From NCBI GenBank assembly GCA_965112735.1, contig OZ218950.1, positions 5,580,001-5,644,000 of the forward strand: a stretch of DNA of 64,000 bases, read 5' to 3'. This DNA comes from Phaeosaccion multiseriatum. Its lineage: Eukaryota > Protista > Ochrophyta, other classes. The position numbers and the translations under genes are program-made. The first letter of the stretch is position 1, and the number at the start of each line of letters is the position of its first letter. This document shows, in pieces, positions 25,863 through 37,900 of this stretch. Under the pieces are notes generated by a model, which was given only the letters and a program-made list of their open reading frames with translations, had not been told where the DNA came from and searched no databases.

Positions 25863-26101
25863 GCTCTTCGTCGCTCGATTGTGCTCGCGGGCGGTCAGCA
25901 GCGATAGCGGCAATGTACATATCGCGATGGCACGGTACCTTTGTCCGTCCAAGGCGAGACAGAGAGAGAGAGAGAGACAGAGTGTTGGGGGCAGGGGTCA
26001 GCGCCGCCCACCCCCAACGGGCCGCCCCAGGACCACACCTGTCTCCTCCGCAGCTCAGCTCAGCACTGCCCCTCCCTGCGCCGCATCACGTCGTGTCATG
26101 A

Positions 26102-27634
26102 CTAAACCGTGACCCTGCTCTCCAGGCCCTTGCGCTTCATAAAGTCTGAGTACGCACTGAGGTTTCCCTGGAAGCTGTTGACGGTGCCATTGTCCTCAAA
26201 CACCAGCATGTGCGAACAGATTCTGTCTAGGAACCAGCGGTCGTGGCTGATGACCATGGCGCTGCCGGGGAAGTCTCGCAGGGCGTCCTCCAGAGCGCGC
26301 AGAGTGTCCACATCTTTCGGTTTGTTCGTCACGTGAGGGAGTGCATGCGGGGCGGGCAAGAACGGGGGCAGTCAGAAGGCAGCAGCACGAGAGAAGGAGA
26401 AAGGCGTGCTCTTCAATACATGCAGCAAGAGAAAGGAAGGCATCGAGGCATCGAGTCACACACCCCATGCCGCGCTACACTGCTCAAAGGCTTAACTCAC
26501 CCAGGTCGTTGGTGGGCTCATCCAGAAGCAGCACGTTGTGTCTGGCGTACGTGTGGTGTGCCACGGAGGATCACGCAAGCGGCAGGAGCAGGAGGAGGAG
26601 GAGGGAGGGGGGGGGGGGGGATGTTGTTGGGCGCAAGAGGGTGTGTGATGAGAGAGAGAAGGGAAACACACGCGGACACAAGCTTTCTCAGCAATAAAAC
26701 ATAAACTGTCTCACCCATTCTTGAGCACTTTGGCCAGGTGCACTCTGTTCCGCTCTCCCCCGCTGAGGCTCCCAACCTTCTTCTCCTGTGCGGGGCCTTT
26801 GAGATTGAACGAAGCAACGTAGGCCCGCACATGGATCTCCTGAGAAGTTCCCAGCTGCCAGGGTACACGGCAAACAAGGGATGGCGAAAAGGAAGGAGCT
26901 CAGACAGGGAGGGCGAGGGAGTGCTGCTGCTCTTGGTGCTTTGTTGTGTAAGACAGCGAAAGGACACCTTCCTTCGTGCTCACCTTAATGTACTCTGCTC
27001 CCTGCCCCACTTCCTCGTACACGGTGCTGTCGGGGTCCAGGTCCGAGCGCGTTTGGGACACCACCCCAATCTGAAGGCAAGCACAACCACACACACACAG
27101 GCAACAGACAGAGTGGGGGGGGGAAGCGATTTGACTTATTGTTGCTCTCCCAAAGGCCACTTGTTTGTCTGGGAGAGAGAGAGAGAGCCGCATGGGCATG
27201 TCTCGCTGGAGGGAGGGTGACATACGTACATCTGTTGTCTTTCCCCACGAGACGCTGCCTGCGTCTGCCTCAAGCTCTCCCGCAATGACGTTGAAGAGCG
27301 TACTCTTGCCCGAGCCTGGACAGGCAAGGGCGAGAGGGCACAAACGGTGTGGTACAGTTTGTGTGTCATGTTTCTTTTGCCCCCCAAAAACACCCCGTTG
27401 GGAACGGCGTACACACACACGTACCGTTGGCCCCGATGATGCCCACGACACTCCCGGACTCAATTTTGAAGGACAAGTCGTTGAAGAGAGACCTTCCCTC
27501 AAAGCCCTTGCTGACGCCCTGTACCTCCAGCACCAGTTGGCCCAGTCGCGGCCCGGGAGGTATCACAATCGCCCTGCCATTCAACACACACACACACACA
27601 CACACAAACACACACAAACACACACACAAACACA

Positions 27635-27670
<36 letters not shown>

Positions 27671-28479
27671 GGGTTAGGCGGCGGCACGACGTGCGCATCG
27701 GCTGCTCCTTCCTCTGCCAAGCTCACTCACCCTTCGCTGATCTGCCTCAATTGGTGCGACGCATCGGACGCTTCCTTCAGCCTCTTTTCGTAGGACTTCT
27801 CCCGAGCCCGGTTAGAGCCTTTCTTTTTTCCCTGTAGATGGAGACAGAGACACGATCAGCGAGGCCTTGGTGAGCGATAAGCGAGCGCATCCTCACCTGA
27901 ATCCACTTTAGCTCTTCGGTCATCTTCTTTGACTTTTGCTTCTCGCCCTTCTTCTCCAAGTCCAGCCGCTGCGCCTTCTTCTCCAGCCAGCTTGAGTAGT
28001 TGCCCACGTAGGGAAACATCCTCCCACGGTCGATTTCGAGAATGAAATCGGCGACATTGTCCTGCAGCGGAAGACGAGCGGCGATAGATGGCGACGTCAG
28101 CAAGATGGTGAGGAAGAGGCTTCCCCCCTCACTCGAAATGAGCGAGAGGGACTCGTAACAGGGTCTTTGGTCCTAAAAGAAAGTCTCGCTCCTGATGCGG
28201 CAGCTCAACCCTCCCTCTCCGCCGCCATTTTCCAAGTTCCTTGCCACAGCGCAGTCTCCGATCGCTGGAACGGGCACCGGGCTCACGCATGCCATGGTCG
28301 GAAACGTACCAAAAAGTAGCGATCGTGTGTGATGGAGATGACCATCCCCTTGTGCTTGGCCAGGTAGTCTTCGAGCCAGCGCACGGACTCCGCGTCGAGA
28401 TGATTCGTAGGCTCGTCTACATGGCAGTAGATACGAACAACGAACAACGAACCGACCGACCAAGCACTCAGTTTGCGCC

Positions 28480-28510
<31 letters not shown>

Positions 28511-29591
28511 AGGGGCACGGGTGTGCCCTCCATGACTAACCTAGTATGATAATGTCGGGTGCCTCCAGGAGCATCCTGCACAGGGCCACCCGCCTCTTCT
28601 CCCCTCCGCTCAGCGTGGCCACAGGGGACATGGGGGGCGGCACGTGGAGCTTGTGCATTGCCGTCTTCACACACAGTAGGGAGAGGAGGGGACGATGCGC
28701 AAGCATGAGCCGAGCCAACATGACGCAACGAAATGCGCGTGCTGCTCTCGGTGTGCCTACTCTTTTTTTCGCTTCCTCACCTGCACTCTGTGGTCGAGGT
28801 TCCAGGCATCAAGCTCTTCGATCTTGTTCTGGAGCTGTCCCTGCTCCTCCAGTAGCTGATCAAAGTCCGCCTCCGGCTCTCCCATGGCCTCGCTCACCTT
28901 GGCGGTGAAACAAGAAAGAGAGGAACAGACTCGTTTAGACAGTGCAGTCAGTGTACTTGACGGCATTCGATTCAGACGAGTCCGATCGCTGCATCCCACG
29001 ATGAGTCCAGTTCCTAACTGCTGCTGCACCTCACTTCATTGAATCTGTGCATGAGGTTCTCCTGTTCGGCAATGCCCTCCCGAATATTCTCCATCACGTC
29101 TTTGGTCAGATCCAGCTCCGGCTCTTGCGACAGGTATCGAACCTGAGTGCAGGGAGGACAACGCCAGATGAGTCGCAAAAGCAAGCAAGACCCAACGATT
29201 GCTGCTTCTCTTGTCCGCACCGCACCTTGAGACCTGGCTTTACCCAGATACTCCCCTCGTAGTCCTTATCACGACCGGCGAGGCACTTGACTAGCGTGCT
29301 CTTGCCGCAGCCATTGGCCCCAATGACGCCGATCTTGGCTCCGTGCAAGAAGGTCAAGTTACAGTTCTCGAACAGCACCCTCCCCCCGAGGAGCTTCTTG
29401 GTAAGGCCCTCGCAAGAGAGCACAGGAGTTCCCGCCACATCCCCCGACCCACCAGCATTGCTGCTCAGTCTCCGCCGATGGCCCTTCCTAGCAGCTTCCT
29501 GCTGCCGCTGCTGCTGTTGCCAACCGTATAGCGAGCGCGTAAGTCTGCTGCTATTAGTGATTCCGCCGCTGCGACGCACGATGGCAAGCAT
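26102..29591 (-). CDS. ettA: ABC-F translation factor, EttA/ChvD/YjjK type, with mitochondrial-like presequence (~13 exons)
   Basis: [139 protein letters not shown]. Confidence 0.93.
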
Positions 29592-29730
29592 TCCCTTCTC
29601 TTCTCTATCTCCGTAGAAGCCGCGGCGGCCGCGCCGATGGGGAATTGTTGACATATTTTTTGTTGACTTTTAGATGGAAGTGGGGTGGTTGGTTCGCGCC
29701 CGCCCCCTTCGCCACCCTCCTTCCTCTCCC

Positions 29731-31681
29731 ATGTACTTGTACTACTTGGTGGTGCTTGTCCTCTGCCTTGTGCTGGGATCATTTGCAGAGTCCACACCTC
29801 CCAGTGATGGCGGCGTTGAGGATGATAAGGAGAAGGCGGCGATGCCCAATATGAAGCTCGGTACTGCTCCTTTCAGCGACCCCCACGCGCACTTTTGTCA
29901 CAAGGATAGCTGCTACGAGGTGCTGGGTCTGAAGAGGGGGGCGGCGAAGGTACGATGCGCACACTGCAGCCAGGAAACTAGAGAGGAGGGAGGGGCAGGA
30001 GAGACGGAGAGTGGAACCCCCCCAAACAACATTGCCCAACGCGTCGGCCGTCCAATGGTTTGTCTTATATCCCTCCCCCTCCTTGCTTGTCGCTGCCGCA
30101 AACTCCTTGCCGCTGGTTAGGCCGACATCAAGCGGGCGTATCGCCAACTGTCTCTTCTGTACCACCCAGACAAGAGCGACGGCAGCACTGGCTTGAGCCG
30201 CAAAGAGTCGCTCGACATCTTCCAGCGCGTCTCGGCAGGCAACAAGGTGCTCTCGTCAGAGGAGACCCGCGAGAAATACGACTTCTACACCGACAATCCG
30301 GACGCGTACTGGGAGGTAAGCAAAACCGAAGGCAGGCAGCAAGAGTGGCAGCAGCAACAGCAGCAGCCAACCCTGCTTCCTCTCAACAGTCACTGAGCCT
30401 CTCTTTTCCCTCTCTGCGTTGTACACGCTTTGTTCTGTGGTGAATGACGGCAGGAGTACGGCCACTGGTGGGTGAAGGAGTACTCCCCCCCGTCCGACGT
30501 CAAGTGGGTCCTGCTGGGCCTGCTGCTTGTGGTGAGCATCTTCCAGCCCTTGCACCAAAAGAACAAGCACGACCGAGCCGTCCAGTATATCGTCGCCGCG
30601 GCGGAGAACAACTATAACGTCAGGTGGGTACCTTTCATCTCTCTCGTCGACAAGAAACTGGGCGATGAAGGCTTGCTAACCCAACCAATACCCCACGCTT
30701 TCCCCCGGTGACGCAGGCAAGGGGGAACGCCGCTTACGAGACAATTGCGACAACAGGCAGAGGAGGAGCTCGCTCGAAGGCAAAAGGACGCGACAACGGC
30801 AGGAGGGAAGAGCGGGAGCAAAAGGAAGGCACCCAAGAAGACAAAGGCTGAGCAAGCCAAGGAACTCAACGCTATCATTCGGGAGCTTGCTAGCAAGGTG
30901 TGGCTGGCTAGCGAGGTGCTCAGGGCTGGTGGGGCGACAAGAGAGGGGATGCACCAGGGAGCCGATGGAGAGAGGGGGAGAGAGAAGAAGGAACACCTGA
31001 ACGAAACCCTCCCTCCGGGCCCAACAACGTGTCCTTAACATTCGTATGCAATGCCTCCTCCTCCCTCTCGCCTCTTAGGTGCACATTGGCGGCTCCAACA
31101 AGAAGCCCACATGGCGAGACAACCCTCTGGTCAAGCTGCCGCTCATCCCTCTGAGCATGGCCAGGCTCCTCTTCTTTTTGGCGCGGTGGCACCTGCTCAA
31201 GTCCAGGAGAAATGCGATGGACTACACCTTCTGGTCCAAGTGAGTGTGCGTGTGCGTGAGTGCGTTCGTGCTGTATATTCGTGTCGTATCCCCCCTGGCC
31301 GCCATGTCTGAGCATGTTCCTCCAATGCGCGTGCTTCCCTTGGGCCTGGCCCTTCTGGCTGACCACCACAGGCGGTGTATCGGGGCAGACACCTGGGACG
31401 ATCTCGACGAAGAGGGCCGAAAGTCGGCCGTGCAGGAAGAGGTCAGTGACCCCATGCACACTACCACCCTCTCTTTCTCTTTCTTTCTCTCTCTCCCTCC
31501 CCCTCTTTCTCTCTCTCCCTTTCTCTCTTTCCTTCTCTCTCCCCCTCCCTCTCTTTTCTCTCCCTCCCTCCCTCTCTCTTTCTCTCCTCTCTCTCTCCCT
31601 CTCTCTCCTATCTCCCTCTCTCTCTTTGTCTCTCTCCTATCTCTCTCTCCCTCCCCCTCTCCTTCTCTCTCTCCCTCCCTC

Positions 31682-31715
<34 letters not shown>

Positions 31716-31972
31716 CCTATCTTTCTTTCTCCCTCTCTCTCTCTCTCCCTCCCTCTCCCCCCCTTCTCTCTCATCAAGGCCCAACGTTGCTCCTCCGTCT
31801 TTTTCCTTTTTCGTGGCCCCTCCGTTCGCAGGTGTGGAAAGGGAGCGACGAGCTCGAGGCGTGGAAGTGGAAGCATTTGCACGGGGGCGATGTGGCGGGG
31901 CTGAAGCAGCGGAAGGCCTTCGCCGCCCAGAGGATCAAGACCGCGGAGGAGGAGGCGGTGGTGGATGAGTAG
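29731..31972 (+). CDS. DNAJC25: DnaJ homolog subfamily C member 25-like (ER membrane J protein), 7 exons
   Basis: Signal peptide; FCHKDSCYEVLG..IKRAYRQLSLLYHPDK..REKYDFYTDNP; TM segment DVKWVLLGLLLVVSIFQ; IGGSNKKPTWRD. Confidence 0.88.
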
Positions 31973-32682
31973 GATGAAGCCTCTCTACAGAGGAAAATGA
32001 AGGGAGAGCGTCTCTAGGAGGGGAGAGTCTGTCTACAGGAGAAGGGGCGAGGCTTTCTTCAGGAGGAGGGGCTGGGAGAGGAGAGCGCGTACAGGAAGAG
32101 GGCCCCACCTTGCTTGTTGTAAGGAGTGCAGTGCTGGCGTGAGGAGTGTTTGTGTGCGAGACACGTTGGCGGAAGTGGAGAGGCAGTGGAGAGGCAGTGG
32201 GGAGGTCGTGCGCACGGAGCCGGGCGAAGGTAGAAGAGACCAGGGCAATGGGCCAAGCGGTAGGAGCCGGCAGAGACGGAGGGACCAAGAGGGCACGGCA
32301 ATTGACCTTGGACCCTGCTGGGGTTGGGAAGTGGGATTTCCCCCAACAGAAGCAGCAGCAGCAGCAGCAGCTACAGAGCAGCAGCAGCAGCCCCTTGGCT
32401 GAAAGTGCCCCCTTCGGCCTTGGCTGGATTGTGGTGAGCAAGCAACCGTAGGCAGAAGCCCCTCTGCGCAAATCCAGTGTGCACGGGCTTTGACGAGTCT
32501 GTCTCCCATTGTGTACAGCACAACAGAAGGTAAAATCAGAAGGAGAGGAGAAGAGGCTGGCCGGAAGCGCGGGTTGAAAAAAAGACACACAGCCTAACTA
32601 CACGTCCCGTGATTCTTAAAACTAAAAAGTGAAAAAAGGTGCAATGGTACAATTTGGGTGGGGTGACAAACACTGTTTTGAT

Positions 32683-34689
32683 TTATTTTGTATTGACCAG
32701 CGCCGTCAACTCGGGACAGGCTGCGGGGAAGAACTTGACCGCCGTTCGCTTCTTGGCACACTGGTCCACGCTCCTGCCCACCCGATCGGCAAGCGCCCGG
32801 ATGGACGCCTTCCATCCCCTGCGAGTGGCGTCGCTCGCCCCGTGCGCGTCCAGCTTGGCCGCCACCCCCTTGAGCGTGTGCAGCACGGGCGCCATGTACT
32901 CGGGGTAGGCGGGGTTGTTGCGCAGCAGAGACGCCTCATTCTCCAGCAGCGCCACTGCAGACCGCACCAACACGTCCTGCACGGCGCCTTGGTGCAGCTG
33001 CGCCTTTGTCAGCTCCGCCGTGCTCCGAACCGCCGCAGTGGAGGATGAAAGAGCCGACGCACTGAAGCCCTTGCCTTTGCCTTTGCTCTTTTTCCCCTTG
33101 TGCTGCTGCGCGGATCCCCCCCCCCCCCCACCCTCACCATTCTCCGCCTCAACCGCAAGCTCTCCCTTGCGCGCACAAACAAAACCCATCTCCAGCACGG
33201 CACACATGCAGCTGGCGGTAGACACCAACACCCCCGTGGCCTCCGTCAGCTCGTGTGCCGCCCTCACCACGCTGAGTCTGTAGGGCAGACGCATGGCCCC
33301 CGGCGCGAGTTGAAGCATGCTCTCCAGCATGTTCCCCAGGGGCAGCAGCAGAGGCGCTAAGGCCGTCTTGTTGGAGGCTGCCACAGTGCACCACAGCCAC
33401 ACGCTCTGCATGAAGCGCCAGCTCAGCGCTCGCCGCCTTGACCCCTCGCCGCCGTCCCCTCCTTCTGCGGTGCCGGAGCTGCTGCCCTTCGCCCCCTTGC
33501 TCTGGTTGCTGATGAAGAGCTGTGTGTGGTGCAGTTGGTTGTTCTGATGCTGCCTTGCCTCCTGCAGCACTCGCGCCAGCTCCCCAACGTACACGAAAGC
33601 TCCGAGGTAGGCCATCGCCGGCTCTGCACTGTATAAAAGGGCCACCCCCTTGCGCAGCATCAACAACTCCTGCTCCCCCGCCACTCGCGAAGGATGGGGC
33701 GGAGGTGCTACTGCGCTGCTGCTGCCGCTGCTGCTTCTGTCTCTTGCGCTCTGGTATATGGCCTTAATGGTGGCCTCGTAGCTCACCACCACTGCCTTTT
33801 GCGCCTCGTGCAGGAAGGGCAGCGGCAGTGCCAGACATAGCGCCCTGATGGCGTGCAGCAGCGGCTCCATAGAGACAGCCTTGCCCTCCACTGCGAACTG
33901 TTGCTGCAGCGTCAACAGCTCCAACAGGTACGCTTTGGACAATGCCGGGAAAGGCTGCAGGAGGGGGAACAGCGTGCTGATGCGGAGAGCGTGGCGGGGA
34001 AGGACCTCAAGGCAGGCGCGCAGGACCGAGTAGAGGAGGGGCCCAAGCTCCGCCCAATGCTCGGACTTGGTGAGGCGAGAACACTCTCGAGATGAAAGAG
34101 TAGCCAAATCTCGCACCGAAAAGCCACCATTGCTCTGCTCTTGCCCTCCGTCCCCTTGCTCCTCTTCCTCCTCCTCTTCCTCCTCCATGTCGTCCGTGGG
34201 GCTCTTGCCGTCCCCCAAGAGAAGGGCCGTGAGAGTCGGACAAACGTGATCCAGGCAAGCGTCTAGGATCTCCTCGAAGACCTTCGACGACTTCTTCGAC
34301 GCGCCCCCGAGCAGCAGCCCCACCAGCTTGGTCATGGCAGGCACGCTCTGCGTCTCCCCCACGGCCTCCATCAAAGCACCCACATCATCGCCTGCAGCAC
34401 CACCCCCCCTTTCCTCCACCTTGTAACGCGCCCCCTCTTCCGCGGCTCCCACCTGCACGCTCGGGCTAAGGAGCCATTTGCATGTCAGAAAGTCGTCCAC
34501 AGACACCCCGTCCGGCAACGAAGCTAGGGTTTTGCCGCTCTCCTGCCTCGGACGGATGCGTGCCACCGCGTGCTCCTGCTCCTCCTTCTTCCCTGGCCTC
34601 CTCCGCCCGCCTTCATTGCTACGCTTCTTGATGTTCTCTACGCCTCCCTTCTTCTTGAACTTCTTGCCCCTCTTGCTTTGCTTTCCCAT
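32683..34689 (-). CDS. NOC2: Nucleolar complex protein 2 (Noc2)-like, intronless, divergent
   Basis: MGKQSKRGKKFKKKG start, SVDDFL, AYLGAFVYVGELARVL, SWRFMQSVWLWC, LAPLLLPL, LPYRLSVVR, YPEYMAPVLHTLK, KRTAVKFFP. Confidence 0.8.
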   Translation of the reverse strand: MGKQSKRGKKFKKKGGVENIKKRSNEGGRRRPGKKEEQEHAVARIRPRQESGKTLASLPDGVSVDDFLTCKWLLSPSVQVGAAEEGARYKVEERGGGAAGDDVGALMEAVGETQSVPAMTKLVGLLLGGASKKSSKVFEEILDACLDHVCPTLTALLLGDGKSPTDDMEEEEEEEEEQGDGGQEQSNGGFSVRDLATLSSRECSRLTKSEHWAELGPLLYSVLRACLEVLPRHALRISTLFPLLQPFPALSKAYLLELLTLQQQFAVEGKAVSMEPLLHAIRALCLALPLPFLHEAQKAVVVSYEATIKAIYQSARDRSSSGSSSAVAPPPHPSRVAGEQELLMLRKGVALLYSAEPAMAYLGAFVYVGELARVLQEARQHQNNQLHHTQLFISNQSKGAKGSSSGTAEGGDGGEGSRRRALSWRFMQSVWLWCTVAASNKTALAPLLLPLGNMLESMLQLAPGAMRLPYRLSVVRAAHELTEATGVLVSTASCMCAVLEMGFVCARKGELAVEAENGEGGGGGGSAQQHKGKKSKGKGKGFSASALSSSTAAVRSTAELTKAQLHQGAVQDVLVRSAVALLENEASLLRNNPAYPEYMAPVLHTLKGVAAKLDAHGASDATRRGWKASIRALADRVGRSVDQCAKKRTAVKFFPAACPELTALVNTK

Positions 34690-34969
34690 CGCGTTCTCTG
34701 GTGTAAAGACTGAATATCGATGTGTCGTGTGGCTTGCGGTCCATCGTCCCCTATTTAAGTTGGTGATATACTTCACAGTTGGCGCCGCTACTATGGATCC
34801 CGCGTATCGGGTATCCACCATAGAGTACACGAGGGTGGTCGTGCTGCAGTGCTGCTGTACTACTGTATTTGGCTCTTTCTATCAGCTGTGTCTCTTAGTT
34901 GCTGCTGCTTAGGGGCTAAATTTGGTGAATGTGAACAAAGAGCCTTGCTGAGACACAAAGCCCAGCGGG

Positions 34970-37900
34970 ATGAAGCGTGCCCGGCAGCAGGAGCAGGAGG
35001 AGGGGGAGGCGATGGAGGAGACGATGGTCATCATGCCGCTTGGAGCAGGGAATGAGGTGGGGCGGAGCTGCATCTGGATCAAGTACATGGGGAAGACGAT
35101 CCTGCTCGACTGCGGGATACACCCGGTACGTGCAAGCAGAGAGAGAAGACTGGATGGATTAAGCAGAGAGGACTGATGGATTCACACCCGAGCAGGGAAT
35201 ACAGAGGAATGGATGGATTCAAAGCACAGAGGACTAGATGGATTCAAAGCACAGAGGACTGGATGACAGAGGGGGGGGGAAGAGGACTGGATGACACAGG
35301 ACTGGATGGATTCACGCCCGAGCAGGGCATAAAAAGAAACGTTTCATTCGCTTGTGTATGTGGGGGTGGGGGTGGGGGCCGAGACGGGAGGCGGGCGACG
35401 ATAGACGGCCGCGGCGAGGAAAGCCGATGCGCCTGCTCTGATGGGACATCCCCTCCAACGAACAATCAAACACAACATACAGGGCTACAATGGAGAGGCG
35501 GCACTGCCCTTCTTCGATGCCGACGACTTCGACCCCGAGGAGGTGGACCTGCTGCTCATCACGCACTTCCATCTAGACCACTGCGCCAGTCTGCCTTACT
35601 TCACGGAAAAGACGGGATTCAAAGGTCAGAAAGGAGGCCAAGAGGCGAGAGAGAGAGAGAGAGAGGCGAAGAGAGAGGCTAGACTGGGCTAGGCTGGGCT
35701 ATGCGGATCCTGCCCTTGTCCCGTCCGTCCGGCTGCCATCTGCCGTCACGCCCATCCCTTCGACTGACCCCTTGCCGACTCTATCATCTATCATCTTAAT
35801 CTATGTGCACACACATTTCTCAGGTCGCATCTTCATGACACACCCCACCAAGGCCGTGATGCGCATGATGCTGGCGGACTACATCAAGCTCGTCAATGTC
35901 AGCACTGAGGACATCATCTACGATGAGAAGGACCTCAACCGATGCATTGACAAGGTCGAGCTCATCGACTTTCATCAGGTAGGGGGAGGGGAGAGAGAAG
36001 GAGGAGAGGTGAAGGGAGGAGAGGAGAGGAGAGGGGAGGGGGGGACAGGAGAGGGGAGAAGAGGAGAGTACCAAGCTTGACTGCAGACCGACCGGTTGTG
36101 GGGATGCGCCAAACGTCTCATCAAAGCAGCAATCGAGTGAAATCAATCAAGTAACACTTACCTTGGACCCCCTGCCACCCCCCCCCCCCACCTTCTCTGA
36201 GCTGGACCGGCACGTTAATCACACACACACACACACACGCGCTCTCTCTTCCAACAAACCCCCCCCCCCCCCTCCCCACCCCCTCTCTTCGTAGGTGCTG
36301 GAGCACGAAGGTATCAAGTTCTGGTGTTACAACGCCGGACACGTGCTCGGAGCCGCCATGTTCATGATCGAGATTGCAGGAGTGCACGTGCTGTACACCG
36401 GCGACTACTCCATGGAGGATGACAGACATCTCATGGCGGCAGAGGTGCCGAGCATCAGCCCCGATGTGCTCATTGTGGAGAGCACGTATGGGGTGCAAGT
36501 GCACGACAATAAGGACGATAGGGAGGCAAGGTTCACGGGGGAGGTGTCCAAGGTGGTGCGCAGGTGGGTACATAAGTCAATGACTGGGTACATAAGTCAA
36601 TGGGTGGATTGGACTGCGTGGGTGAGGTGGGTAGGCCCCGGGGGGAGGAGGGAGGGGGAGTTTGATTGATGCGCTGCGATCGTTTGTGGAGCTCGCCTTT
36701 CTTTGCTCTAGAACATGTTCGCCCATATGCCTGTCTGCCCGTCTGCCTGCCTCCTGTGTTTGCTCCGCCACAGAGGGGGGCGCTGCCTGATCCCTGTGTT
36801 CGCTCTTGGCCGGGCACAGGAACTCTTGCTCATCTTGGACGAGTTCTGGCAGGCAAGTGCCGGAAGGAGGAGGAGGAGGAGGAGGAGGAGGAGGAGGAGG
36901 AGGAGGGGAAGGGGGAGGAGAGGGAGGAAGAGGAGGAGGGGGAGGGGGTGGGGGAGGGGGAGGAGGAGGAGGTTGCTCCATTGAACAAGGCGCCGACGGC
37001 ATGCCCTCTGTTGGCGTTGACGGCATCATCTCTTCTGTCTGTCTGTCTGTCTGACTGACTGACTGACTGACTGACTGACCCTGTTCGCCTGCCCCTCCCC
37101 CCCCCCCCCCTCTTCCCTCCCTCCCCTGCCTCCCTCCCTCCCTCCCTCCCTCCTCCCCCCCGTCCCTCCAGGCGCACCCCGAGCTGCACCGCATCCCCGT
37201 GTACTACGCCTCCCGCATGGCCTCCAAAGCCCTGCGCGTGTACCAAACCTACATCAACATGATGAATGCGCACATCCGACGGCAGATGGACGTTTCAAAC
37301 CCCTTCAAGTTCAAGCACATCACCAACCTCAAGTCCGTGGAGCAGTTCGATGACTCACGGCCCAGTGTGGTCATGGCGGCTCCGGGCATGTTGCAACACG
37401 GTGTGTCGAGGCAGCTCTTTGATCGCTGGTGCGAGAATGGAAAGAATGGCGTGCTGCTCCCAGGGTAAGTCAAGTGAAAGTGTGGGCCTCTTCAAGTGGG
37501 TGGTGGGTGTGTCGGACTAAGCTGACTGTACGGACTGCCTACTGTTGCTTGACATTGAAAGGCAGCTTGACGACACTTGCTTGACATTGAAAAGCAGCTT
37601 GACGACATTGACATTGCTCTCTCTCTTTCGGACCGTGTACGTGAGACATGTATGAATGTCGTACATGTATGGATGGCGTATATATCGTGTATGTGTGGAT
37701 GGCGTATATATCGTTTATGTATGAATGTCGTATATGTATGAGTGGCGTATATGTATGGATGGCGTATATATCGTATATGTATGGATGGCGTATATATCGT
37801 GTATGTATGAATGTCGTATATATCGTATGTGTATGGATGGCGTATATATCGTATATGTATGAATGTCGTATATATCGTATATGTATGGATGGCGTTTTAT

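Noticed and set aside
31935-32590. 185-217 aa ORFs between DNAJC25 and NOC2
   Set aside because: No recognisable motif and low complexity; likely convergent 3'UTRs.
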